Below are positions 1 through 8,846 of a stretch of 64,000 bases of DNA, one piece after another. Made by a program: the position numbers and the translations under genes. This DNA is from a virus. Positions within the stretch are counted from its first letter, which is position 1; the number at the start of each line of letters is the position of its first letter. Where the stretch lies: the IMG/VR virus record IMGVR_UViG_3300034069_000900, positions 12,922 to 76,921 of that record. One strand, written 5' to 3'. The notes under the pieces are model-generated. The model worked only from the letters and a program-made list of their open reading frames with translations. It had not been told where the DNA came from and ran no database searches.

Positions 1-1
1 C

Positions 2-889
2 CAGCAAATCGAGACGGGCCGAGGCCGACAGACTGACATCCTCGCCAATCATGTGAGTCTCGTCCCGCAGGGCCGCTGCGGTCCTACCTGCGCAATCCAA
101 GACGAAAAGGTTAGCATCATGGCAAAGGGTAAGAACTTCCTGGACAACCTTCGCGCTGCTTTCAAGGCCCGCGACGAGGACGCTTTCGAGGAGGCCATGG
201 AGGTCGCCGCGAAGGAAGGTGTCGAGAACACCAATGAGCCCGAGCGCCCCGAGACCGAGGAGTCCGAGGGGGGTTCTAATCAGCATCACGTCACCGTCAA
301 CATCGGCGGTATGACCCCGGACTCGATGAACGCCATGCGCCACGACGGCAAGAAGGCTCGCGACGAGGACCCCGAGGGCGATACGCCCCCGCCGGACCCG
401 ATGGAGATGATCAAGGCTGCCGTGACCCAGGCACTCGCCCCGGTCGTGGCCCGGCTCGATAGCCTCGAGCAGGCCCTCGATGAGTCCGGTGACCCGGATG
501 ACTCCATGACCACGGATGCTATCGGCCGCGCTGAGATCCTGAAGCCGGGTATCAAGCTGCCGACGTTCGATGCTGCCCCCGGCTCGCGCAAGCAGCGTGA
601 CGCTATCGTGGCGTTCCAGCGTCAGACCCTCTCGGAAGCCTTCAACACCAAGGACGGCCGCGCTGCGATCGCCCCGCTGGTGAGCGGCAACCGTCCTAAC
701 TTCGCCACCATGGACGCCGCAGTCGTTGACGTGGTGTTCCGCGGCGCCAGCGAGCGTATGCGGGACGCCAATAACGCTCGCGTCTCTGTGGCCCTGCCGA
801 CCATCACGACGGCAGACGGCGAGCGCAAGACTTTCGACAACAAGACCTGGAACAACAAGAACAAGGAGTTCTGGGCGCGCAACCGCTAA
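2..889 (+). CDS. DUF2213-type prohead protease/scaffold protein, 5' truncated by the window edge
   Basis: The frame is open from base 2 (QQIETGRGRQTDILANHVSLVPQGRCGPTCAIQD). NHVxLVxxGRCGxxCxIxD matches the end of the DUF2213 domain. An acidic scaffold-like C-terminal part follows, and the gene lies upstream of the decoration and capsid genes. Confidence 0.8.
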   Translation, partial: QQIETGRGRQTDILANHVSLVPQGRCGPTCAIQDEKVSIMAKGKNFLDNLRAAFKARDEDAFEEAMEVAAKEGVENTNEPERPETEESEGGSNQHHVTVNIGGMTPDSMNAMRHDGKKARDEDPEGDTPPPDPMEMIKAAVTQALAPVVARLDSLEQALDESGDPDDSMTTDAIGRAEILKPGIKLPTFDAAPGSRKQRDAIVAFQRQTLSEAFNTKDGRAAIAPLVSGNRPNFATMDAAVVDVVFRGASERMRDANNARVSVALPTITTADGERKTFDNKTWNNKNKEFWARNR

Positions 890-904
890 GCCCGGCACTC
901 AAAC

Positions 905-926
905 TGGAGCGCCGTGAGGCGCTCCA
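905..926 (+). other. 9-bp stem-loop with GNRA (GTGA) loop
   Basis: tggagcgcc-gtga-ggcgctcca in the intergenic gap; no U-tract follows. Confidence 0.5.
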
Positions 927-956
927 CTCTCCTGCAACTGGATAGGGACACAGTCA

Positions 957-1484
957 ATGCCCGTCAGCAACGTTTTCCTCTACCGCATGCCGGCGGGCAT
1001 CCCCGGTGCGGTCAATCGCGAGCTCGCCGCCGTCTCGGAGCCTAACCAGCTGGACGTCACGAACCCGCCCACCGCCTACGGTGACCCGGTCAAGATGGGT
1101 TCCAACGGCAAGATCCAGGCGCTCGCTTCCGGCGATACCACCGCGGCGATCTACGGCTTCTTGGAGCGTCCGTACCCTACCCAGGCCGGTTACGGTTCGG
1201 CACAGGGCTATGGTCAGACGGCACCGATTCCCGGCACCCGTTGCACCGTCATGAAGAGCGGCTATATGTGCGTCGCTGTGCAGGGCGCCACGGCCCCTTC
1301 GCCGGGCTCGGCCGTGTTCGTGCGCGTCGCGGGCACCGTGCCTACGGGTGGTCGCATCGATGGCCTGGAAGCTGTCGCTGACGGCACCCCGGCGAACACC
1401 CCGCAGATCGGCACCCAGAACACCACGTATTTCCGCGGTGCGGGTGACGGCAACGGCAACACTGAGATCGCCTTCAACATCTAA
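957..1484 (+). CDS. head decoration/cement protein
   Basis: 175 aa, rich in Gly/Ala/Pro/Thr, positioned between protease and major capsid. The start (FLYRMPAGIPGAVNR) is typical of this gene in DUF2184-capsid myoviruses. Confidence 0.7.
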   Translation: MPVSNVFLYRMPAGIPGAVNRELAAVSEPNQLDVTNPPTAYGDPVKMGSNGKIQALASGDTTAAIYGFLERPYPTQAGYGSAQGYGQTAPIPGTRCTVMKSGYMCVAVQGATAPSPGSAVFVRVAGTVPTGGRIDGLEAVADGTPANTPQIGTQNTTYFRGAGDGNGNTEIAFNI

Positions 1485-1609
1485 TACCTACAGCGGGCAC
1501 CCCGGCGCCCGCTCCGCCCTAACCGCCGACTTGGGCAGCGGCGCTATAGCGTCGGATGACGCAATGATCCCCGAGAGACGCTCCCCGCGTCATCCAGATG
1601 GAGCCCCTG

Positions 1610-2590
1610 ATGTTCACTCTTGACAACAACCGGATGGGCGCCTACGATGCGCGCACCGTAGATTCTGCCGGCGCCTTCTTCATCGGTGAGCTCGAGCGTC
1701 TGGACCAGACGCTGCATGAGCCCCTGGTTAGTGTTACGTGGTCGCGTGATATCGACCTGCGTGAAGACGTCACCATCGCGGATGAGGCGAGCTCGTTCGC
1801 CAATCTGACGTTCGCCTCGCCCGGCGGCATCAACCCCACCGGTAAGGCGTGGCTCGGCAAGACCGCCAACGCCATCACCGGCATCCAGGCTGACGTGGCG
1901 AAGACCATCAACCCCCTGAACCTCTGGGGCATGGAACTCGCCTACACCATCCCGGAGCTCGAAAGCTCCATGAAGGTGAACCGCCCCATCGATACCCAGA
2001 AGTACGACGGCATGAAGCTGAAGTACAACATGGACATCGACGAGCAGGTTTACGTGGGTGACGCCGGTCTCGGTGTCTACGGCCTACTGAACAACCCGAA
2101 CGTGACCACCACCAATGCGGTGGCCGGTGCTAAGGGCTCTTCCAACTGGTCCCAGAAGACCCCGACCGAGATCCTCTCGGACGTGAACGCCGCGCTGGCT
2201 TCCGCCTGGGCCGCCACGGGTTACGCCTTCGTTCCGACGAAGCTGCTGCTCCCGCCGCTCCAGTACGGTTACATCGTGCAGAATATCAACTCTCAGGCGG
2301 GCAATGTGTCCATCCTGGAGTACCTGAAGAAGAACTCCCTCGCCTCTGCCCAGAACGGCCGTGACCTGGACATCGTCCCAGTCAAGTGGCTCACTGGCCG
2401 TGGTGTCGGCGGCACCGACCGTATGGTCGCCTACACTCAGGATCCGACCCGCGTGCGCTTCCCGCTCACGCCCCTCCTGAACACCGCTGTCCAGTACCGC
2501 GGTATTCATATTCTCACTTTCTACTACAGCCGCCTTGGTGTGGTGGAAATGACCAATGTGGAATTAGTCGGATACACTGACGGGATCTAA
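1610..2590 (+). CDS. major capsid protein (DUF2184 family)
   Basis: Motifs GAFFIGELERLDQTLHEPL, WSRDIDLREDV, DEQVYVGD and GLLN; strong codon bias. A GGAG SD at 1600-1603 favours ATG 1610 over 1598. Confidence 0.9.
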   Translation: MFTLDNNRMGAYDARTVDSAGAFFIGELERLDQTLHEPLVSVTWSRDIDLREDVTIADEASSFANLTFASPGGINPTGKAWLGKTANAITGIQADVAKTINPLNLWGMELAYTIPELESSMKVNRPIDTQKYDGMKLKYNMDIDEQVYVGDAGLGVYGLLNNPNVTTTNAVAGAKGSSNWSQKTPTEILSDVNAALASAWAATGYAFVPTKLLLPPLQYGYIVQNINSQAGNVSILEYLKKNSLASAQNGRDLDIVPVKWLTGRGVGGTDRMVAYTQDPTRVRFPLTPLLNTAVQYRGIHILTFYYSRLGVVEMTNVELVGYTDGI

Positions 2591-2629
2591 ATTGCCGCAC
2601 ATACCCTAAAAGATGTGTTGCGAAGCAAC

Positions 2630-2665
2630 CGCTCCAGCATTACAGTACGTTGTGATGCTGGAGCG
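2630..2665 (+). promoter_or_regulatory. 15-bp hairpin that sequesters the SD of the downstream HNH gene
   Basis: cgctccagcattaca / tgtgatgctggagcg (one G-U pair); the GGAG at 2660-2663 lies in the 3' arm. Confidence 0.55.
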
Positions 2666-2670
2666 TTGTG

Positions 2671-3450
2671 ATGACCACAAGGTTGAAGAAATTAGATCAG
2701 CAATTACTGGCGGATTTGCGCCAGGTGCTCAGATACGACCCGAATACGGGTCAATTCACCTGGCTGATACACACACAAAGTATCCACGGAGCCATATTCC
2801 CCGGTGATCTGGCTGGCACACGTAGCGCAGGCCGCATTCAAATAGGGTACCGAGGCGTAACCTATCGAGCACATGTGCTTGCACATTGGTTCATGACGGG
2901 TGAGAACGTTCCTGAAGGTTATGAGATAGACCACAGAGATCGGAACCCCGGCAATAACCGCTGGAGCAACCTGAGGTTAGTTGAACGCTCGCTAAACAAT
3001 CACAACAGCAACCCCTGCGTCCGGAATACAAGCGGCGTGCGAGGGGTGTCATGGGTGTCCGACAGGAACTACTGGACATCAAGAATAAATGTAGATGGTA
3101 AGGTCTACGTATTAGGTAACTTCAAGATATTTGCTGATGCCGTAGCCGCTCGTATAGCTGCCGAGATAAGGCACTTCGGCGAAGCATTCTCCACGCAAGT
3201 CAGCGAGCCGTTACACCAGCCCGCACCAACCCCGAAAGCCTTGGATAAGCGGCGCACCCGGACTGTTCGGGGTAAGGTCGCGGAGAAAAAACGCCGGACT
3301 AACAGTTCGGGTTACCCCGGTGTATCGCAACACCCGCGAACGCGCCGTTGGAATGTTCGTACCGCCGCAGGCTGGGTCGGCTCTTACGAGACATTAGATG
3401 CTGCGGTCGAAGCGCGCCGAGCAGCTATACAAGATTTGTATGGAGAGTGA
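2671..3450 (+). CDS. HNH homing endonuclease with AP2-like DNA-binding domains
   Basis: LRYDPNTGQFTW; EIDHRDRNPGNNRWSNLR (HNH); NTSGVRGVSW and NSSGYPGVS (AP2-like modules). Lower GC than its neighbours. Confidence 0.9.
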   Translation: MTTRLKKLDQQLLADLRQVLRYDPNTGQFTWLIHTQSIHGAIFPGDLAGTRSAGRIQIGYRGVTYRAHVLAHWFMTGENVPEGYEIDHRDRNPGNNRWSNLRLVERSLNNHNSNPCVRNTSGVRGVSWVSDRNYWTSRINVDGKVYVLGNFKIFADAVAARIAAEIRHFGEAFSTQVSEPLHQPAPTPKALDKRRTRTVRGKVAEKKRRTNSSGYPGVSQHPRTRRWNVRTAAGWVGSYETLDAAVEARRAAIQDLYGE

Positions 3451-3456
3451 GTAGAG

Positions 3457-4131
3457 ATGCCTGATATCGCAGTTGCCCGCGCGTTTACCCTTGTACTCGG
3501 GGACGGTACCCGGCACGCCTTTGTGCCGGGTATCTACCGCAACCAACCCGCTGAGATTGCGGACCACTGGTTCACCAAGGCCAACCTCGTCCCGGATGAG
3601 GCACCCGTGGATATGGCGGAGCCTACCGCTGTAGATGCCGCGGGCGTCGCGGGCATGCAGCAGGCCGTGGCTTTTGCGGAAGATCAGAACCGTCGACTGC
3701 GCGCCGAACTCGCTAGGGTCACAGTCGCCTGGACTGAGGCCGAGATGAAGGCACGGCGGGCGCAAGAGGCGCTTGACGAAGCCGGCGTGGCGCTTCGCAA
3801 CGATGAGTATTCTGCGCAGGAGCGCAACGATGCGTTTGCGCGGGTAAAGGCCGAGCGCGATGCAGCGGTGGCCCGCGCCAATGAGACTGAAGCGGCGGCC
3901 ACGAATGCGGCGGGCAAGGTTGCGGCCCTGACGCAGGACTTCAGCAACGTTTCAGACACCGCTGCTGACGAGCCCGACGAGAAGGTCGGCGACTACGTCG
4001 TGCGGAAGCGCGGTAAGAAGTATCAGGTCGTAAAGCTCGACGTCTACGGCAAGTTGCTAGATACCGTCGGCGAGTATGACGCACGCACTGAAGCGGAAGC
4101 TAAGGCAGAAGAGCTGAAGGCTGTGCCGTAA
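3457..4131 (+). CDS. phage head-associated protein (STY1053-like N-terminus plus coiled coil)
   Basis: N-terminus VARAFTLVLGDG...ADHWFTKAN, followed by a long Ala/Glu heptad region; located between capsid and adaptor. Confidence 0.55.
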   Translation: MPDIAVARAFTLVLGDGTRHAFVPGIYRNQPAEIADHWFTKANLVPDEAPVDMAEPTAVDAAGVAGMQQAVAFAEDQNRRLRAELARVTVAWTEAEMKARRAQEALDEAGVALRNDEYSAQERNDAFARVKAERDAAVARANETEAAATNAAGKVAALTQDFSNVSDTAADEPDEKVGDYVVRKRGKKYQVVKLDVYGKLLDTVGEYDARTEAEAKAEELKAVP

Positions 4132-4532
4132 TGGACGTGCCTACCTTTAGGGCGGTACTGCCGGAGTTTGCGGATGCAACCCGGTTCCCCGACGCACAGA
4201 TCCAGTTCAATATCAATCTTGCGGAAGCCAGCCTACCCCCGGAGGTTTGGGGCGACCGCCTGGAAGCCGGACTGCTGTACTACGCCGCGCACTATGTAGC
4301 CCTCAGCGGGCCACAGGTGTCCGGGGGCTCCGGCGCCGCCTACGGGGTGCCCACCCCTGCGCCGGGGCTTGCAACAGGTCTGGTGGCGTCCAAGAGCGTC
4401 AGCGGTGTAAGCGTGTCGTACGACACAGCAACCGGCCAGACGGAAGGCGGAGGCTCATTCAATCTCACGCGGTATGGTCAGATCTTCCTGACCCTTGCGC
4501 TGCCCGCCGCAGCCGGCGCCCGACAGCTATGA
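4131..4532 (+). CDS. head-tail adaptor (DUF4054 family)
   Basis: TFRAVLPEFAD..FPDAQI, AAHY, SKSVSGVSVSYD, NLTRYGQIF. Confidence 0.85.
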   Translation: MDVPTFRAVLPEFADATRFPDAQIQFNINLAEASLPPEVWGDRLEAGLLYYAAHYVALSGPQVSGGSGAAYGVPTPAPGLATGLVASKSVSGVSVSYDTATGQTEGGGSFNLTRYGQIFLTLALPAAAGARQL

Positions 4533-4747
4533 GTGGTAGTTCAGTGGTGACAAGTTTTACCCCCGGCACCGTCGTGCGTTTGAAGAGCGGTAGCCCGGCT
4601 ATGACCGTCTCTGTAACGTTCGATAACGGTGCGATCCGCACATTCTGGTTCCATAACGGCGAGCTTCGGGAAGGGAATTTCCCTGCGTGCACGCTACGGG
4701 ATGAGAACGACTATGGCGCAGAAACCCGTTACCGTAACGAAAGATAA
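4529..4747 (+). CDS. DUF2158/YodC-like small protein
   Basis: FTPGTVVRLKSGSPAMTV...FWF matches the DUF2158 pattern; ATGA overlap with the upstream stop. Confidence 0.65.
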   Translation: MSGSSVVTSFTPGTVVRLKSGSPAMTVSVTFDNGAIRTFWFHNGELREGNFPACTLRDENDYGAETRYRNER

Positions 4748-5231
4748 TCTCAGCAAGGTACTGAATGCCGTCAAGCAGCTGACCAGTCAGGTCGTGCTGG
4801 TCGGCGTGCCGGGCGAGAACGCCGAACGCAAGCCGGTGCCTGGGGAAAAGAACACTATCACCAACCCGGTGATCGGGTATATTAACGAGTTTGGCTCGCC
4901 CGAGCGCAACATCCCGGCCCGTCCACACCTTGTACCGGCCATCAACGGGATACAGGACAAGATCAATGCGCGCATGCTCCGTATGGGGCAGCAGGCATTG
5001 AGCCTTAAACCTGATGTGATCGACGCCGGGTTCAACGGCGTCGGCCTTATGGGTCAGGTTGCCGTGCAAAAGTACATCCAGGCGACGCTAAAGCCCCCGC
5101 TCGCCGCGCTTACGCTGGCCCGACGCAAGAGCCGTAAGGTAGCGCCCCGCCAGGGCGAGCAGCCCTTAATTGATACGGGCGCTTACCTACAATCTATCAC
5201 GTACGTCGTACGTAAAAAGAGCGAGTTGTGA
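4713..5231 (+). CDS. neck/tail completion protein
   Basis: VLVGVPGENAERK, IGYINEFGSPERNIPARPHL, PLIDTGAYLQSITYVVR are typical of this myovirus neck family. Confidence 0.75.
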   Translation: MAQKPVTVTKDNLSKVLNAVKQLTSQVVLVGVPGENAERKPVPGEKNTITNPVIGYINEFGSPERNIPARPHLVPAINGIQDKINARMLRMGQQALSLKPDVIDAGFNGVGLMGQVAVQKYIQATLKPPLAALTLARRKSRKVAPRQGEQPLIDTGAYLQSITYVVRKKSEL

Positions 5232-5650
5232 CCCGACCTACACTGGATGTCACCTTCGTTCTAGACTCGCCTGAGTTCTACGACGACACGCTGACCGTCT
5301 ATCGATCGCAGACGGCCGTAGATGAGTTCGGCCGGGCGCATAACACGGGGATTTGGCTGCCGTTTGCAGGTGTCGTAACCCCCGATAACGGCCGCGATCT
5401 CAGGCAAGACGGCACAGGCGAGATGCGGGTCGGTACGATCACCATCTACACCCGGATGCCGCTGACTGGGGGCGGTACGGAAGTCGCTTCAGACAGGATA
5501 CGTTGGGGCAACGGTGGCCCCGGCAACTATGTCGTGATCAACGCGACGCCCCTCGCCTATGGTCAGGGGTTCACGCGGGCTGTGTGTCAGCTCGCTGACG
5601 TTAACACCAGCTACCTGACACCCGGCAAAGGCCCTGGCATCTATGGCTAA
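5228..5650 (+). CDS. head closure/head-tail joining protein
   Basis: LDVTFVLDSPEF, DEFGRA, GVVTP; size and synteny fit. Confidence 0.7.
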   Translation: MTRPTLDVTFVLDSPEFYDDTLTVYRSQTAVDEFGRAHNTGIWLPFAGVVTPDNGRDLRQDGTGEMRVGTITIYTRMPLTGGGTEVASDRIRWGNGGPGNYVVINATPLAYGQGFTRAVCQLADVNTSYLTPGKGPGIYG

Positions 5651-6269
5651 CACCTCAGCTACGGGGGGCCCGCTGCTGCCCGCGCTGCCGGGGCCCGCCG
5701 CAGATATCGACTTAGACGCCATCGTGCAGGCATTCGTCAGGGCACTAACGTCGCTGCCCGGCGAGTGCGTGCTGCCGCGGTGGCAACCGGTGAACGACCC
5801 CGGCGACGCGCTACCCCCTATACCGGATGTGTCTGTCAACTGGTGTGCCTGCGGAGCCACCAACATCGCGCGGGACACTAACCCCGCACTGGTGCACAAT
5901 GGCGCGGGGGATGGCAGCACAACGCTGCTAGCCCACGAGACAATCACGTTCGACCTAAGTTTCTATGGCCCCAACGGCGAAGCATACGCTGGGCTCGTGC
6001 GTGATGCGTTCTACATCAGCCAGAACCGTGAGCCTATGCTCGCGCTGGGGCTAGCGTTTTACGATGTCAGCGATCTGAGGCGTGTGCCCGAGATCGTCAG
6101 CATGCGCACACGGCGCCGCACAGACCTGACACTCAGGCTGCGGCGGTGCGTTGCGCGCGTCTATCCTATCCTCAACGTGCTCGAAGGACAAGGCACTATC
6201 CTCGCAGATGGCGGGGATAGTGAAGGTTCCGTCGTGCTGACCCAACCCTTTCAGACCCCGGAGAACTAA
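5643..6269 (+). CDS. tail terminator/neck protein
   Basis: ANTSATGGPLLP, VLPRWQP, SFYGPNGEAYAGLVRD; immediately precedes the sheath gene. Confidence 0.7.
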   Translation: MANTSATGGPLLPALPGPAADIDLDAIVQAFVRALTSLPGECVLPRWQPVNDPGDALPPIPDVSVNWCACGATNIARDTNPALVHNGAGDGSTTLLAHETITFDLSFYGPNGEAYAGLVRDAFYISQNREPMLALGLAFYDVSDLRRVPEIVSMRTRRRTDLTLRLRRCVARVYPILNVLEGQGTILADGGDSEGSVVLTQPFQTPEN

Positions 6270-6272
6270 CCC

Positions 6273-7769
6273 ATGGCGACCGGGCTAAATCCCGCTGATT
6301 TCGTCAATGTCAGCGTCGTAATTGAGCAATTCCCAGCCCAATACCGAAATTTCGGATCCGCGCTGCACATCGGCTCCTCTCCAATCATCGATACCAATGA
6401 GCGTATCCGGCTGTTCACGGGTCTTGACGCAGTCGCACAGACCTTTGGCACTAAGGCACCGGAGTACTTTGCCGCTGCGGCCCACTTTGGGCAGTCGCCG
6501 CAGCCGCAGACGCTCTACATCGGTCGGTGGGCTCAGAATGCGACGGCAGGTCTACTGCATGGCGCCGTGCTGAGCACGACGCAGCAGTTGGTCTCCAACT
6601 TTAGCGGTGTCAACAACGGCGCGCTGAACATCAGCATCGATGGCATCCCCCGCACGATCACCGGCATCAATCTCACTTCGGCACTCAACCTTAACGCAGT
6701 CGCCAACCTAGTTCAGGTGGCTATTGCGGCAGTTGTGCCGGGTGTGCGGGTGATCTGGGGCAATGTGGACAGTCGCTTCACTATCATCAGCCCCACCACG
6801 GGTACGAATTCTAGCGTGAGCTACGCCACGGCCCCCGGTGGTGGCACAGACCTCGGCGCGTTGATGCACTTCACGAGTGTGGATGCCAGCCCCCCGGTCA
6901 TCGGGGTTGCGCCGGAGAGCCTGATCACCTGCGTCGCCAATATGGCGAACATCTCGACCCAGTGGTATGCACTCGAAGTGTTTACGGCAACGCCCCCGGC
7001 GGACGCTGACCACATTGCGGTCGCGCAGTTCATTGAAGCTTCCACGCAGAGCCGCATCTACGGCGTCAACATCCAGAACAGCAACGTGCTCGACAGCACG
7101 ACTAACCTGGATCTGGGCTCGGCATTTAAGACGCTGAACCTCAAGCGCACGTTCTGGCAGTACTCTTCCAACTCCCCGTATGCTGTGGCCTCGCTGTTCG
7201 GGCGAGCCGCCACAGTAGATTTCAACGGTAGCAACACCACCATCACGCTCGCTTACAAGCAAGAGCCGGGTATTGCTGCGGAGTACTTGACCGAGAACCA
7301 GTTCGCCACGCTCAAGGCCAAGAACGGCAACGTATTCGTTAACGTCAATAATGGCACGGCGGTCGTATTCCCCGGCTCTATGGCCAACGGTTACTGGTTT
7401 GATGAGGTGCACGGCACGGACTGGCTCCAGAATGAGATCCAGACGGATGTCTATAACCTGCTCTATCAGACCCCGACCAAGGTACCGCAGACCGACGCGG
7501 GTATGAATCTGATTAAGGCTGTCATCCAGGCGGCTTGCCAGCGCGGCGTTAACAATGGGCTCATCGCCCCCGGCGTCTGGACCGGCCCCAGCATCGGTCA
7601 GCTGAACACGGGCGATACGCTGACGTCGGGCTTCTACGTCTACGCACCTCCGGTCGCTTCGCAGTCTGACGCAGACCGCGCGGCGCGCAAGTCTGTTTCG
7701 TTCCAAGTCGCCATCAAGTTGGCTGGGGCGGTTCACACCGTGCTCATCTCAGTGCTGGCTGATCGCTAA
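6273..7769 (+). CDS. contractile tail sheath protein (DUF3383 family)
   Basis: 498 aa with PEYFAAAAHFGQSPQPQTLYIGRW, TLAYKQEPGI, DEVHGTDWLQN, KVPQTDAG and IKLAGAVH. Confidence 0.92.
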   Translation: MATGLNPADFVNVSVVIEQFPAQYRNFGSALHIGSSPIIDTNERIRLFTGLDAVAQTFGTKAPEYFAAAAHFGQSPQPQTLYIGRWAQNATAGLLHGAVLSTTQQLVSNFSGVNNGALNISIDGIPRTITGINLTSALNLNAVANLVQVAIAAVVPGVRVIWGNVDSRFTIISPTTGTNSSVSYATAPGGGTDLGALMHFTSVDASPPVIGVAPESLITCVANMANISTQWYALEVFTATPPADADHIAVAQFIEASTQSRIYGVNIQNSNVLDSTTNLDLGSAFKTLNLKRTFWQYSSNSPYAVASLFGRAATVDFNGSNTTITLAYKQEPGIAAEYLTENQFATLKAKNGNVFVNVNNGTAVVFPGSMANGYWFDEVHGTDWLQNEIQTDVYNLLYQTPTKVPQTDAGMNLIKAVIQAACQRGVNNGLIAPGVWTGPSIGQLNTGDTLTSGFYVYAPPVASQSDADRAARKSVSFQVAIKLAGAVHTVLISVLADR

Positions 7770-7784
7770 TAGGAGCCGGACGCG

Positions 7785-8240
7785 ATGGCAAATACGACAT
7801 ATAGCTTCATTGACGTCCAGTGTTCTATCGCTGGGCCGGGGGGCTCGCTCATCCTGTCGGAAGGCGGTGTTGCTGAAGAAGGCATCACCGTCGCTATGAC
7901 AGAAGACAAGACCTCCATGACCATCGGTGCGGATGGTCGGGGTATGTTTTCCCTGCATGCCGGCAAGTCCGGGCGTGTCACGGTGCGCCTGCTGAAGAAC
8001 AGCCCCCTCAACTCTCAGTTGATGGCGATGTATAACTATCAGCAGACCTCCAGCGCCTACACGGGACGCAACACCATTGCGCTCTCTAACCCCGTTTGGG
8101 GTGACGACCACGCCTGCCGCAGCTGTGCTTTCATCAAGCTACCTGACAATGCCAACGGCAAGGACGGCGGCACGATGGAGTGGGCGTTCGACTGCATTGA
8201 GATTGACTCGCAGCTTGGGGATGGGTCGCTTACGCTCTAG
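7785..8240 (+). CDS. tail tube protein (DUF3277 family)
   Basis: TYSFIDVQCSIAGPGG, AEEGITV, MTIGADG, SGRVTVRLLKNSPLN, EWAFDC. Confidence 0.88.
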   Translation: MANTTYSFIDVQCSIAGPGGSLILSEGGVAEEGITVAMTEDKTSMTIGADGRGMFSLHAGKSGRVTVRLLKNSPLNSQLMAMYNYQQTSSAYTGRNTIALSNPVWGDDHACRSCAFIKLPDNANGKDGGTMEWAFDCIEIDSQLGDGSLTL

Positions 8241-8250
8241 GAGATGAGAA

Positions 8251-8673
8251 TTGGCTGAGTTTGTTGTAAACGACATCCGGTACCGTTCATCTAAGATGGA
8301 CGCTATGACACAGTTCCATGTGCTGCGCAGGCTGGCCCCCATTGTGGGGCCGTTGCAGACCCTGGCCGACGCAGCGGACGCCGAGGACGCCGGGCACGTT
8401 ACGGCGTTCAAGGAGTTTGCGGAAGCAATCGGCAGTCTATCTGACGAAGCCACGAACTATGTGCTAGACAAGATCCTGCGCACAGTCGAGATGCAGCAGT
8501 CTCCAACTGTTTGGGCGCGCATCAAGCCCGACGGCGTGCTCGGGCTCATGTTCAAAGAGATAGATATGATCGCGATGCTGATGATCGCATCGCACGTCAT
8601 CCGCGAGAACTACGCCGCTGTTTTTCAAAACGGCCTCGCCAGTTCGAACGGCGGGGCCCAACTTCCTCAGTAG
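8251..8673 (+). CDS. tail assembly chaperone
   Basis: Lies between tube and tape measure; YRSSKMDAMTQFHVLRRLAP. Confidence 0.75.
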   Translation: MAEFVVNDIRYRSSKMDAMTQFHVLRRLAPIVGPLQTLADAADAEDAGHVTAFKEFAEAIGSLSDEATNYVLDKILRTVEMQQSPTVWARIKPDGVLGLMFKEIDMIAMLMIASHVIRENYAAVFQNGLASSNGGAQLPQ

Positions 8674-8684
8674 CGCTTGAGAAT

Positions 8685-8846
8685 ATGGGGGATGGCGAGG
8701 AGTTCTATATGAACCCTATTCCCCTGGGGTACTACAGCTACGCGGATCTTGTTGATGGCACCATCCGCATAGAGCATCTCATAGAGATCAATGATCATAT
8801 ACTGATGTCAAGAGAGAATGAGTGGCGGCTTAGGGAAGGCAAGTAG
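8685..8846 (+). CDS. second tail chaperone ORF (possible frameshift extension)
   Basis: MGDGEEFYMNPI...YADLVDGTIRIEHLIEINDHI matches the short pre-tape-measure ORF pattern; the frame is open back to 8511. Confidence 0.6.
   Translation: MGDGEEFYMNPIPLGYYSYADLVDGTIRIEHLIEINDHILMSRENEWRLREGK

Noticed and set aside
4247-4747. 166-aa ORF as listed in the track (and the 4629 start for the neck gene)
   Set aside because: The upstream extensions overlap real genes in other frames. Motifs and stop-start coupling support starts at 4529 and 4713.
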